From the NCBI GenBank assembly GCA_902373415.1, contig CABKLX010000002.1:37425-101424 (forward strand): a DNA stretch of 64,000 nucleotides, written 5' to 3'. The stretch's first letter is position 1, and every line of letters begins with the position of its first letter. Below the pieces are notes generated by a model. That model had not been told where the DNA came from. It was given only the letters and a program-made list of their open reading frames with translations, and made no database searches. Positions 38,363 to 47,738 of the stretch are shown in pieces. The position numbers were made by a program, and so were the translations under genes. The DNA comes from an uncultured Eubacteriales bacterium. Its GTDB lineage: Bacteria; Bacillota; Clostridia; Oscillospirales; UBA644.

Positions 38363-39420
38363 TTTTTCTCCTCTTTTACGATTTTTTCTATTTGCTCCTT
38401 TATGACGCCGAAGACCTCGTCCTCGGTTATGTCCTTTTTCACGATCTTTCCGTCTCTGAAAAGAACGTATTTCCCGTTCGCGCCCGTAACTCCGAAATCC
38501 GCCTCTCCGGCTTCTCCTATTCCGTTTACGACACAGCCCATAACGGCTATTCTGATCGGCGTTCCGATCTCCGAAAACTCATCTTCGATCCTTGTCGCAA
38601 GAGATACCGAATCGACGGTCGTTCTTCCGCAGGTGGGACACGAAACGACCTCGATGCCGCTTTTTCTCAGCCCGAGCGAGCGCAGAAGCGTTTTCGCCGT
38701 TCGCACCTCTTCGACGGGGTCTGCGGTCAGCGAAACGCGGATCGTGTCGCCGATTCCGTCGAGCAAAAGCGTTCCTATTCCGATCGAGGATTTTACGGTT
38801 CCCGTTCTCAGCGTTCCCGCTTCCGTCACGCCGACGTGAATGGGGTATCCGTGCCCGTTGTATTTTTCGCAAAACAGACGGTACGCCGCGACCATCATCC
38901 GAACGTCGGACGCTTTCATCGAAACGACGATGTTTTCAAACCCGCAGTCTTCAAGAATGCGGACGTTGTTGTGAGCGCTCAGCGCGAGCGCCTCGGCGCA
39001 CGGATGCCCGAATTTCGCAAGAAGATCCTTTTCAAGCGAGCCCGCGTTCACTCCGACGCGTATCGGAATGTTTTTTCCGTAAGCCGCGCGCGCGACCTCT
39101 TTTATATGCTCCGCTCCGATATTGCCGGGATTGATCCTGATCTTGTCGGCTCCCGCTTCGATCGAGGCGAGTGCCAGACGGTGATCGAAATGTATATCCG
39201 CGACGAGCGGAACGGACAGGGCTTTTTTGAGATCGGAGAAACGTTCCGCCGAAAGGCGGTCGGGAACCGAGGCGCGTATGATCTGACAGCCCTCTTTTTC
39301 CAACGCGAGAGCCTGCGCTTTCAGTTCGTCAAACCGCGTGAACGGGATATTCGTCATCGACTGTATCGAGACGCTTCCGTCGCCTATCGGTACGTTTCCT
39401 ATATAAAATTTCTTTTTCAT
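38359..39420 (-). CDS. ispG: 4-hydroxy-3-methylbut-2-en-1-yl diphosphate synthase (IspG/GcpE)
   Basis: 353 aa with IQSMTN, RINPGNIG and the C-terminal 4Fe-4S Cys triad CPTCGRT...GCVVNGIGE. Confidence 0.93.
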   Translation of the reverse strand: MKKKFYIGNVPIGDGSVSIQSMTNIPFTRFDELKAQALALEKEGCQIIRASVPDRLSAERFSDLKKALSVPLVADIHFDHRLALASIEAGADKIRINPGNIGAEHIKEVARAAYGKNIPIRVGVNAGSLEKDLLAKFGHPCAEALALSAHNNVRILEDCGFENIVVSMKASDVRMMVAAYRLFCEKYNGHGYPIHVGVTEAGTLRTGTVKSSIGIGTLLLDGIGDTIRVSLTADPVEEVRTAKTLLRSLGLRKSGIEVVSCPTCGRTTVDSVSLATRIEDEFSEIGTPIRIAVMGCVVNGIGEAGEADFGVTGANGKYVLFRDGKIVKKDITEDEVFGVIKEQIEKIVKEEKK

Positions 39421-39425
39421 ATCGC

Positions 39426-40553
39426 TTACAGGAAAATAATGTCTTTGACCGCGATAATGATCGCGAGCCCGAAAATAAATACCATTCCGACCGCGTTGAT
39501 CGCGCCTTTGACCTTTTCCGGGATCTTTTTGCGGGTTATCATTTCGATGACGAGCAACAGTGCCTGCCCCCCGTCAAGCGCCGGCAGGGGAAGAAGGTTG
39601 ATGACCGCCAGGTTTATCGAAATAAATCCGAGAACGTACATGAAAGACTCGATGCCCGCGTCCGCCGCCTGTTTTATCACGGTTGACGCTCCGACAGGTC
39701 CGGAAATATACTTGACCGAGATCTTGTTCGTTATGAGATCGTAAAGCGTATCATACATGACTCTGACCTGTGAAAAAGTGTCCGCAAATGTCGTTTTCAA
39801 AACATTTCCGACTGTTTTTTCTTGGGCATAGACCTTGAAATCAACGGAGAACATAGTCATTTCTCCGCTTTTCAGATCTTCTTCCGTCGCGGGCTCGCCT
39901 TTCATGTTCATACGCGGAAAAACAACATTTTTCAGTTCGACCGTTTCGCCGTCTCTTTCAACGGTGACATCGACCGAGTCTTCCTTGACCGCATCCTGAA
40001 ACGCTCTTGAAATGTCGGTATATGTCGTTATATTCGTGTTTCCGATCCTGACGATCCGGTCTCCTTCGCGAAGCCCCGATTCGACAGAGACCGCGTCGCT
40101 GTTGAACTCGGCGATGACAGTCGTCGGTGTTTTTGTCGTAAGCGTCAGAAAGAACGTAATGATTATCGCGACCAGAATATTCATCGTTATCCCGGCAAGC
40201 ATGATTATAAGGCGTTTCCATTTCGCTTTTTTATAAAGAGCGTTTTCGCTGTCGCTCTCGTCGTTCTCGCCTTCCATGACCACAAAACCGCCTATCGGGA
40301 GCAGACGGAGCGAATACGCCGTGTTTCCGTCCGGTTCGAGTTCGGGCTTATCCTTTGAGAAAAAGGACGTGACGCGCCTTTTACCCGTCGCTTTTATCTT
40401 TTTGACGCTGATGAGTTTCGGTCCCATTCCGAGAGAGAACTCGTTCGTTTGGACTTTGAATATTTTCGCCGCGGCAAAATGTCCGAGTTCATGGATAAAA
40501 ATCAGAAAGCCGAGTCCGAGAACCGTGTACAATACCTGTAATAATACGTTCAT
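39426..40553 (-). CDS. rseP: RIP metalloprotease RseP (site-2 protease, M50)
   Basis: HELGHF zinc motif near the N-terminus, a PDZ-like middle region, and LLPLPALDGG. ATG 40553 overlaps the dxr stop (ATGA); the ORF-track TTG at 40559 is an alternative. Confidence 0.9.
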   Translation of the reverse strand: MNVLLQVLYTVLGLGFLIFIHELGHFAAAKIFKVQTNEFSLGMGPKLISVKKIKATGKRRVTSFFSKDKPELEPDGNTAYSLRLLPIGGFVVMEGENDESDSENALYKKAKWKRLIIMLAGITMNILVAIIITFFLTLTTKTPTTVIAEFNSDAVSVESGLREGDRIVRIGNTNITTYTDISRAFQDAVKEDSVDVTVERDGETVELKNVVFPRMNMKGEPATEEDLKSGEMTMFSVDFKVYAQEKTVGNVLKTTFADTFSQVRVMYDTLYDLITNKISVKYISGPVGASTVIKQAADAGIESFMYVLGFISINLAVINLLPLPALDGGQALLLVIEMITRKKIPEKVKGAINAVGMVFIFGLAIIIAVKDIIFL

Positions 40554-41692
40554 AAGCAACCTTGTCTGACCTTCCGGTCGGTCTCAAAAATGTCTTCAAT
40601 CTCCGGATCTGAAATGATCTCGGTGTCGTTCAGTGCCCGCTCGACGAAATCCGCGATCTGTAAAAAGCCGAGTCTTCCTTCGAGAAAGCGGGCAACGGCG
40701 ACTTCGTTTGCCGCATTGAAAACCGTCGGCGCGGTGCCTCCCGTTCTGATAGCCTGCCTTGCAAGGGAAAGCGCTCGGAAAGTCTTTTCGTCGGGATCGA
40801 AAAAGGTCAGTTTTCCGATCTGAGCCAAATCGAGAGCGTCTGCGGGCGACGGGCTTCTGTCGGGATACGTGATCGCGTACTGTATCGGAACTCTCATGTC
40901 GGGAACTCCGAGCTGTGCCATGACCGCGTTATCCTCAAATTCGACCGCCGAGTGTATTATGCTCTCCCTGTGAATAACGACCCTGACCTTGCTTTCATCG
41001 ACGCCGAAAAGACGGACGGCTTCGATTATTTCGAGCCCCTTGTTCATCAGCGTCGCGGAGTCGACCGTGATCTTTTTCCCCATTTTCCACGTCGGGTGCG
41101 CAAGCGCGTCCGACGGACGGATATTTTGCAGTTCCTCCGCTGTTTTTCCGAAAAACGGTCCTCCGGAAGCCGTCAGCAAAAGTCTTTTTATATTTGCCTC
41201 GCCTTTTCGGGTCTCGAGACATTGCATGATCGCGGAATGCTCGCTGTCCACGGAAATCAGCGGAACATTTTCTTCTTTTGCGAGCGAGCAGATGTATTCT
41301 CCCGCGGTAACGATCGCTTCCTTGTTTGCGAGCGCCGCCGTTTTGTGCGCTTTTATTATCGCGATCGTCGGGCGCGTGCCCGCCATTCCGACGATCCCGT
41401 TGACGATCAGTTCCGATTCGTCGTTCTCGATCGTCTCGAAAAGACCTTCGTCGCCCCCGAGAACCTTTGTATTTGTGTCTCCGACGCGCGTTTTGAGCGT
41501 ATTCGCGGCATTTTTGTCCGTGCAGACCGCAAATTCGGGATGAAACCGCCTTATCTGGTCTTCCAGCAGTTCGATGTTCGAATGCGCCGCAAGCGTTTCG
41601 ATCTCGCATCCGAGATTTGCGGCGACGTCAAGCGTCTGCGTTCCTATCGAGCCCGTCGAACCGAGTACGGAGATCTTTTTTTTCATATTCAT
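40550..41692 (-). CDS. dxr: 1-deoxy-D-xylulose 5-phosphate reductoisomerase
   Basis: 380 aa with ISVLGSTGSIGTQTL (NADPH site), LANKE, SVDSEHSA and HPTWKMG. Confidence 0.95.
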   Translation of the reverse strand: MNMKKKISVLGSTGSIGTQTLDVAANLGCEIETLAAHSNIELLEDQIRRFHPEFAVCTDKNAANTLKTRVGDTNTKVLGGDEGLFETIENDESELIVNGIVGMAGTRPTIAIIKAHKTAALANKEAIVTAGEYICSLAKEENVPLISVDSEHSAIMQCLETRKGEANIKRLLLTASGGPFFGKTAEELQNIRPSDALAHPTWKMGKKITVDSATLMNKGLEIIEAVRLFGVDESKVRVVIHRESIIHSAVEFEDNAVMAQLGVPDMRVPIQYAITYPDRSPSPADALDLAQIGKLTFFDPDEKTFRALSLARQAIRTGGTAPTVFNAANEVAVARFLEGRLGFLQIADFVERALNDTEIISDPEIEDIFETDRKVRQGCL

Positions 41693-42531
41693 ACCGTTCC
41701 GCTTCCGGCAAGCGCCGCGATCCCGTCAGCAACGACTTTGACGCAGCAGAAAGCCGCCGAGGTGAACATAACGCTGTCAAATCTGTCCATTATGCCTCCG
41801 TGACCGGGGATGAGCTTTCCGTAATCTTTGATATCATAATTTCTCTTGACCACCGACGCGGCCAAGTCTCCGATAACGGCGAAAATTCCCCCGAACAGAC
41901 CCATCGCGACGAAAAGAACGAAAGAGACGCTCTCTTTTCCGAGCCCGTAGCGGACAATGATCCCCATAATAACGGAGAACAGAACAGACGTCATAACGCC
42001 GCCGATGAAGCCTTCCACCGTTTTTTTCGGGCTGACATGGGGCGCGAGTTTATGTTTCCCGAAGAGCCTGCCGAACATATACGCGCCGGTATCTCCGCCC
42101 CACGCGGTCAGGAATACCATGATCATGTACGAGAGACCGTGCGCTTCGTCCGAACGCAGAATCGTCAATGTCGAGAAGAAAAGCGATATGACGACGGTCA
42201 TGCAGAACAGGGGACAGAGGTTTTCAAATCCGATCTCTTTTGAAAATCCGAAGATGGCGATGAGAAACATGATGCCCGCAAGCGCGAAAAGAAGCGTGAA
42301 GCGCCAGTTGACGCTCGTCTGCGGGATGAACTGATATCCTATCGCGTAAGCGACGCAGAACGGCATATACAGTTTACAGCCTTTGCGTCCGATCGCAGTT
42401 GCGACCTCGTATACGGCAAATGCGGAAAGAAGAGCCACCACCGTATTCATTATATACGGAACGTAAGAAAAATATATCCAGACTATCAGCAATGCGGTCA
42501 GCACCGTGCCGGAAATAACTCGTGTTTTCAT
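41689..42531 (-). CDS. cdsA: Phosphatidate cytidylyltransferase
   Basis: 280 aa, polytopic, with the C-terminal signature SVVKRNYDIKDYGKLIPGHGGIMDRFDS. Confidence 0.92.
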   Translation of the reverse strand: MKTRVISGTVLTALLIVWIYFSYVPYIMNTVVALLSAFAVYEVATAIGRKGCKLYMPFCVAYAIGYQFIPQTSVNWRFTLLFALAGIMFLIAIFGFSKEIGFENLCPLFCMTVVISLFFSTLTILRSDEAHGLSYMIMVFLTAWGGDTGAYMFGRLFGKHKLAPHVSPKKTVEGFIGGVMTSVLFSVIMGIIVRYGLGKESVSFVLFVAMGLFGGIFAVIGDLAASVVKRNYDIKDYGKLIPGHGGIMDRFDSVMFTSAAFCCVKVVADGIAALAGSGTV

Positions 42532-42537
42532 TATTCT

Positions 42538-43260
42538 TTATCCCAACCCTCCGAATTTTCTGGTGCGGCTGTTGTATTCTTCTATCGCCGCATCGAGTTC
42601 CTTCTCTCCGAAATCCGGCCAGCAAACGGGAACCGAAACAAATTCCGAATATGCCGACTGCCAGATCAGAAAGTTTGAAAGTCTCATTTCTCCCGCGGTT
42701 CTGATTATAAGATCGGGATCGGGTTGTCCCGCGGTATATATCCTTTCGCAGATGTCTTTTTCCGATATTTTCTTTCCCTTATGCTCTTTTATAAAGGAGT
42801 TGACCGCGTTGACTATTTCGGCGCGCCCGCCGTAATTGACGGCGATATTCATCTCCATTTTCGACTCGGATTTTTTCGATACGCTTGCGATCTTGTCGAT
42901 CATTCCGCGCTGAACGAGCGAAAAAACGCTCGTGTCTCCGATAAAACGCACTCTCGTATGCGTGTATATCTCGTCGGAGCCTTCCTCGAAATAGCCGATC
43001 ATTTTTTTCAGATATTCGGTCAGTATATTCGTCAGCGCCGCGACCTCTTCCGCCGGACGGCGCCAGTTTTCGGTCGAAAAAGCGTAAAAAGTTACGATCC
43101 TGATTCCTTTTTTATAGCAGAGGCGCGTTATTTCGTCGAGTGTTTTCGCTCCCGCGTAATGCCCCTGACTTCTTTTCATCCCGCGGGCGGAAGCCCATCT
43201 TCCGTTTCCGTCCATTATGAAGGCGATGTGTTCGGGAACGGTCAAAGATTTATCTTTCAT
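42538..43260 (-). CDS. uppS: Isoprenyl transferase (undecaprenyl-diphosphate synthase)
   Basis: HIAFIMDGNGRWA, FSTENWRRP, DLIIRTAGEMRLSNFLIWQSAYSEF. Confidence 0.95.
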   Translation of the reverse strand: MKDKSLTVPEHIAFIMDGNGRWASARGMKRSQGHYAGAKTLDEITRLCYKKGIRIVTFYAFSTENWRRPAEEVAALTNILTEYLKKMIGYFEEGSDEIYTHTRVRFIGDTSVFSLVQRGMIDKIASVSKKSESKMEMNIAVNYGGRAEIVNAVNSFIKEHKGKKISEKDICERIYTAGQPDPDLIIRTAGEMRLSNFLIWQSAYSEFVSVPVCWPDFGEKELDAAIEEYNSRTRKFGGLG

Positions 43261-43326
43261 TTATTCCTCTCTTGTTGCGGGAAATCGGACGGCTTCTCTG
43301 CGGTCGCCGTGTTTGTCTCGGCGGCG

Positions 43327-43366
43327 TAAAATAAAGTCCGTCGGCGCACAAAAAGCCCGTGCGCCG
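43327..43366 (-). terminator. Weak terminator/attenuator-like hairpin between frr and uppS
   Basis: On the minus strand: CGGCGCAC-GGGCUUUUU-GUGCGCCG, then ACGGACUUUAUUUUA. The U-run is displaced by 6 nt. Confidence 0.35.
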
Positions 43367-43444
43367 ATCCCGTATATGTTTTCCTTGTCGGAGAAACGGT
43401 TTTCCGCGTCCAAACCGCACATTAACCGTTCTCCCGCGCGCTTA

Positions 43445-43993
43445 TCAGACGGAAAGGATCTCTTTCGTCTTTTTCTCAGCCGCGTCCTCGATTTTTCCGA
43501 TGTATTTATCTGTCATATTCTGGATGTCCTTTTCGGCGATCTTCAAATCGTCCTCCGTGATCTCGCTCTTTTTCTTTTGCGCCTTGAAAGCATCCATCGC
43601 ATCGCGTCTTATCGAGCGGATCGCGACTTTTGAGCCTTCCGCGGTCTTGTCGATCGATTTTGCGAGTTCTTTTCTTCTTTCCTCGGTCAGCGGCGGAAAC
43701 GCAAGTCTGATTATCTTGCCGTCGTTCTGCGGGTTTATTCCGAGATCGGACGCCTGTATGGCTTTTTCGATCTCTTTGAGAAGCGATCTGTCATAAGGAC
43801 TGATCGTCAGCATCCTCGGATCGGGCGACGAGATCTGCGCGACTTCGTTGATCTTCATTTTTGAGCCGTAGTATTCGACAGAGATCCTGTCGAGAACAGA
43901 TGCGTTTGCTCTGCCCGCTCTGATCGAAGCGAACTCCGTTTCAAGCGCGGCAATGGTCTTTTTCATTTTTTCTTCGTAAGCCGTGTAATCCAT
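43445..43993 (-). CDS. frr: Ribosome recycling factor
   Basis: ORF trimmed to ATG 43993 (MDYTAYEEKMKK...), 5 nt after GGAGG. The track's TTG start lies inside the RBS. IRAGRANASVLD motif present. Confidence 0.93.
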   Translation of the reverse strand: MDYTAYEEKMKKTIAALETEFASIRAGRANASVLDRISVEYYGSKMKINEVAQISSPDPRMLTISPYDRSLLKEIEKAIQASDLGINPQNDGKIIRLAFPPLTEERRKELAKSIDKTAEGSKVAIRSIRRDAMDAFKAQKKKSEITEDDLKIAEKDIQNMTDKYIGKIEDAAEKKTKEILSV

Positions 43994-44013
43994 AATGACC
44001 TCCAAAAATTATT

Positions 44014-44721
44014 TTAATAAAGTACCGTGCCTATGTCCTCTCCCGATACGGCTCTTTCGATGTTAGAGCCGTCCCCGAGATCGAAAATAAGAACGGGCAT
44101 ACCGTTGTCTCTGCAAAGTGCCGCCGCGGCGGCGTCGATGACTTTAAGATCTTTTTCGAGCATCTCGCCGTATGAAATGCGCGAGTACTTTTTCGCGGTC
44201 GGATCTTTTTTCGGATCCGCCGTGTAGACTCCGTCCACGTTTTTGGCGAAAAGACAGATGTCCGCTTCGATCTCGATGCCTCTGAGAACTGCGGTCGTGT
44301 CGGTCGTGAAATACGGGTTGCCGGTTCCGCAACCGAGAATGAGTATCTTCCCTCTCTCCATCGCTTCCGTCGCCGCTTCTTTTGTGAAAAGCTGTGCGAT
44401 CTTCGGCATCGAAAGCGCGGAAAGCACCTCCGCTTTGAGTCCCATATGCTCGAAAATGTCCTTTATCGCAAGGCAGTTGATCATCGTCGCCAGCATTCCC
44501 ATGTGATCCGCGACCGACCTGTCCATGTCGTTGCCCTGTCTGCCGCGCCAGAAATTACCCGCGCCGATAACGATCGCGATCTGAGTGCCTCTGTCCGCGC
44601 AAAGTTTAATCTTTTCGCAGACTTTTCTCGCGTTGTCAAAGTCTATGCCGTGTCCTTCTCCGTTCGCAAGAGCCTCTCCGCTGAGCTTTATCAGGATCCT
44701 TTTATACCTGTGAGCTTCCAT
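44014..44721 (-). CDS. pyrH: UMP kinase
   Basis: 235 aa with RILIKLSGEAL and GTGNPYFTTDTTA. Confidence 0.95.
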   Translation of the reverse strand: MEAHRYKRILIKLSGEALANGEGHGIDFDNARKVCEKIKLCADRGTQIAIVIGAGNFWRGRQGNDMDRSVADHMGMLATMINCLAIKDIFEHMGLKAEVLSALSMPKIAQLFTKEAATEAMERGKILILGCGTGNPYFTTDTTAVLRGIEIEADICLFAKNVDGVYTADPKKDPTAKKYSRISYGEMLEKDLKVIDAAAAALCRDNGMPVLIFDLGDGSNIERAVSGEDIGTVLY

Positions 44722-44894
44722 TGCATCCTCCGTAAGTTGCTTTTTGTCCGCGCGGCGAAAATCCGGAAAAAACCGTCCGTAACGCGATCCGCAAAAAACG
44801 GAGCGCCGCGCGTCGCTATTATATTGTATATATAATACTATAAAACTTGCGATTTGTAAATAGGCCGGCGAAAATATTATAACTTTTTACCAAA

Positions 44895-46064
44895 TTACTC
44901 CTCTCCCGACAGCGTTATTTTTCGCGTGAAATCCGAAAAAGACGCTCCGACAGTCGGCGTCGAAAGCTGAAAAATATCGGTCGCACGGCGTTCAAGTTCG
45001 ATCTGCTCCGCGAATTCCGTGCGGGAAGCAAGTTCGGGCGTGAAGACCGTTACAAGCGGAATATCCGAATTTTTTTTGATATTTTTCATCAGTTCCGCTC
45101 CGCGCCTGTTGAATGCGAGGACGCGCAGAAACGGTATTTTCGGCTCTTCTTTCCCGATTTGCAGAAACGGCGCGATCACCATGCGCCTGACCGTCGCCAT
45201 AGTATATCTTTTCGTTTTTACCTTTCCGTAAAGATCTTCGATCGAGGTCGCCGTTCGGGCGGCGGCGATTATTCTGTTCTCCGAGCCTTCCGTCATCGCG
45301 TAAAACTTTTTCAGATCTTCGGCTTTTGCGGTTCTGAAAAATCCCAGGATCATGCGTTCGAGCCTTTCGATCGCCGCCGGTGCCGCGCCTTGTTTTTCAA
45401 GTCTTTCAAACGCTTTTGACGTTGTGTCGGGAAGATCTTCGCGCGGGAGCGTCCCCGACATGATTTTTCTTCTTATTTCGGACGCGGACGCAAAACCTTC
45501 CGAGCCCCCGTGATAGTCTCCGACCCGTTTTACGGTAACCGTTTTCATGCGACTTTTCAGCCGTTTCATTTCTTTTATATATTCGACCGCGAGAATGTCG
45601 TTCGGCTTTTCCGGAACGAAAGCTCCGCATTTTTTCAGGGCTTCCGACCTCGCCGCCGCAAACGTTTTCCCCGTTGCGAGTTCATCTTGCAGAAATGCCG
45701 AAAAATCAGGGCTTTCAAGCGTAAGAACCGTGTTTTCGAATTCGGAGATATCCGCACTTTCGCTTCCGAAGCAGAACGCGTCGGCGATACCCGTCGCTTC
45801 CGCGGTGCGGACACAGCCCGCCGCAAATCTTTCCGCCGATCCGACGGCGTACGATACGGGCAGTTCGAGCACGAGATCGACGCCTCCGCTCACGGCGCAT
45901 TCCGCTCTGTCGAATTTGTTCATGATCGCAGGTTCTCCGCGCTGAACGAAACTTCCGCTCATGACCGCGATTATGCCGTCCGCACCGAGTTTTCTCATCT
46001 GCGAAACATGGTATGCGTGACCGTTGTGAAAGGGATTGTATTCCGCCGCCGTCGCAAAAATCAT
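44895..46064 (-). CDS. tmcAL: tRNA(Met) cytidine acetate ligase (TmcAL/YlbM, UPF0348)
   Basis: 389 aa: EYNPFHNGHAYHVSQMR...MSGSFVQRGEPA (nucleotidyltransferase HxGH). Confidence 0.85.
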   Translation of the reverse strand: MIFATAAEYNPFHNGHAYHVSQMRKLGADGIIAVMSGSFVQRGEPAIMNKFDRAECAVSGGVDLVLELPVSYAVGSAERFAAGCVRTAEATGIADAFCFGSESADISEFENTVLTLESPDFSAFLQDELATGKTFAAARSEALKKCGAFVPEKPNDILAVEYIKEMKRLKSRMKTVTVKRVGDYHGGSEGFASASEIRRKIMSGTLPREDLPDTTSKAFERLEKQGAAPAAIERLERMILGFFRTAKAEDLKKFYAMTEGSENRIIAAARTATSIEDLYGKVKTKRYTMATVRRMVIAPFLQIGKEEPKIPFLRVLAFNRRGAELMKNIKKNSDIPLVTVFTPELASRTEFAEQIELERRATDIFQLSTPTVGASFSDFTRKITLSGEE

Positions 46065-46104
46065 CTTTTATCTCCCGCAATTATTAAATAAATGTAAACA
46101 CACT

Positions 46105-46133
46105 TGCAATTTTTGTCGAATTATAATATAATA
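46105..46133 (+). promoter_or_regulatory. Candidate sigma-A promoter of ackA copy 1
   Basis: TTGCAA (46105..46110), 17 nt, TATAAT (46128..46133). Confidence 0.5.
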
Positions 46134-46267
46134 CATTTGTTATGCGCGATGCATCGGTTCGTTTTGGTGTGTCCGCAGTTATTATACAGTATTTCTGAAA
46201 AAAAATCAATATGGCGCGCGTCCCGATCCGTATTTCGGATGCGCGCGGAAAAGACAGGTGGAAAGAA

Positions 46268-47512
46268 ATGAAGATTCTTGTTATCAACTCCGGCTCGTCG
46301 TCGCTGAAATATCAGCTGTTTGACATCGAGACCGAAAAGGTCATCGCAAAAGGACTTTGCGACAGGATCGGCGTCAAGGGCGCAACGGGCGCGTTCACTT
46401 TCAAGACCGATTCGGAAAAGTATCAGACGGATGTCGATATGCCCGATCATGCGGCGGCGCTGAAAATAGTTCTCGACACGCTCGTAAGCAAGGAACACGG
46501 GGTCATCTCGTCCGTTTCCGAGATCGAGGCGGTCGGACACCGCGTTCTGCACGGAGGAGACAAGGTATCCGGTTCCGTTCTCGTTACCCCCGAGGTCAAG
46601 CAGACGATCCGCGACTGTTTCCCCCTCGGTCCTCTTCATAACCCCGCCAATCTCAACGGTATCGAATCCTGCGAAAAGATCATGCCGGGCGTTCCCCAGG
46701 TCGCTGTTTTTGACACGGGTTTCCACCAGACGATCCCCGATTACGCTTATATGTACGGTATTCCTTACGAATACTATGAAAAATATAAAGTTCGCCGTTA
46801 CGGCTTCCACGGAACGAGCCACAAGTTCGTTTCGCGCAAGGCTGCGGATTTTCTCGGCAAAAAACCCGAGGAACTGAATCTGATCATTCTTCACCTCGGA
46901 AACGGTTCGTCGCTTTCCGCGGTCAGAGCGGGCAAATGCGTCGACACGACCATGGGTCTGACTCCGCTTGAAGGTCCGATCATGGGCACGAGAAGCGGAA
47001 CGATCGATCCTTCCGTCGTTACCTTCATGCTCGACAAACTCGTTGAAGAAAAACTCGCCAACGGTGAAACGGTCGATCCGACAAAGCTCGGAACGGAACT
47101 GTCGACGATACTCAACAAAAAAGCGGGTCTTCTCGGTATTTCCGGAAAAACTTCGGACTGCCGCTATATCGTGGAAGGCATGGAAAACGGCGATCCGAGA
47201 TGTACGCTTGCGTATAAAATGCTTGTTTATCAGATCCAGAAACTTCTCGGTTCGTACATAGCGGTTCTCGGCAGAGTGGACGCGATCGTGTTCACCGCGG
47301 GTCAGGGCGAAAACGGTCCCGAAACGAGAGAATCGATCTGCGAAGGACTTGAAGAACTCGGTATCAAGATAGATCTTTCGAAAAACGATTTCCGCGGACA
47401 GGACAGAGATATAACCGCGGACGGCGCGAAGATCAAAACTCTTGTTCTGACAACGAATGAGGAGTTGGAGATCGCGAGAGATACTTACAGGATCGTTTCC
47501 GAACTGAAATGA
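46268..47512 (+). CDS. ackA: Acetate kinase (copy 1)
   Basis: ORF trimmed to ATG 46268 (MKILVINSGSSSLKYQLFD), which follows AGGTGGAAAG. HRVLHGG, GFHGTSH and EELEIA motifs. Carries an insertion of about 20 aa (KLVEEKLANGETVDPTKLGTE) relative to copy 2. Confidence 0.93.
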   Translation: MKILVINSGSSSLKYQLFDIETEKVIAKGLCDRIGVKGATGAFTFKTDSEKYQTDVDMPDHAAALKIVLDTLVSKEHGVISSVSEIEAVGHRVLHGGDKVSGSVLVTPEVKQTIRDCFPLGPLHNPANLNGIESCEKIMPGVPQVAVFDTGFHQTIPDYAYMYGIPYEYYEKYKVRRYGFHGTSHKFVSRKAADFLGKKPEELNLIILHLGNGSSLSAVRAGKCVDTTMGLTPLEGPIMGTRSGTIDPSVVTFMLDKLVEEKLANGETVDPTKLGTELSTILNKKAGLLGISGKTSDCRYIVEGMENGDPRCTLAYKMLVYQIQKLLGSYIAVLGRVDAIVFTAGQGENGPETRESICEGLEELGIKIDLSKNDFRGQDRDITADGAKIKTLVLTTNEELEIARDTYRIVSELK

Positions 47513-47526
47513 GAGAAATGAGGGAA

Positions 47527-47551
47527 AAACAGCCTCGCGGAGAGGCTGTTT
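47527..47551 (+). terminator. Hairpin terminator after ackA copy 1
   Basis: AAACAGCCUC-GCGGA-GAGGCUGUUU. The U residues are mostly within the stem. Confidence 0.6.
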
Positions 47552-47575
47552 CCCGAAAATTCCGCATTTTGCATA

Positions 47576-47604
47576 TTGACACTTTTTTGTTATTATGGTA
47601 TAAT
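47576..47604 (+). promoter_or_regulatory. Strong sigma-A promoter of the kinase/sortase cassette
   Basis: TTGACA (47576..47581), 17 nt, TGGTATAAT extended -10 (TATAAT 47599..47604). The leader is about 130 nt. Confidence 0.8.
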
Positions 47605-47738
47605 GACCGTATAGGCGGATTATACCCGTTATAACTCGGAAAACTGCTCGGAAAAGCGGCGGAATACGCTATGTTCCGTATCGTTTTGCTTTTCCGCTTC
47701 ACGGTAATTATCAAACCGAAAGAAGGTCAACTCGAAAA

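Noticed and set aside
46214-46246. GC-rich hairpin in the ackA copy 1 leader as a regulatory attenuator
   Set aside because: It has no U-run, no alternative structure and no match to a known leader. It is too little to call.
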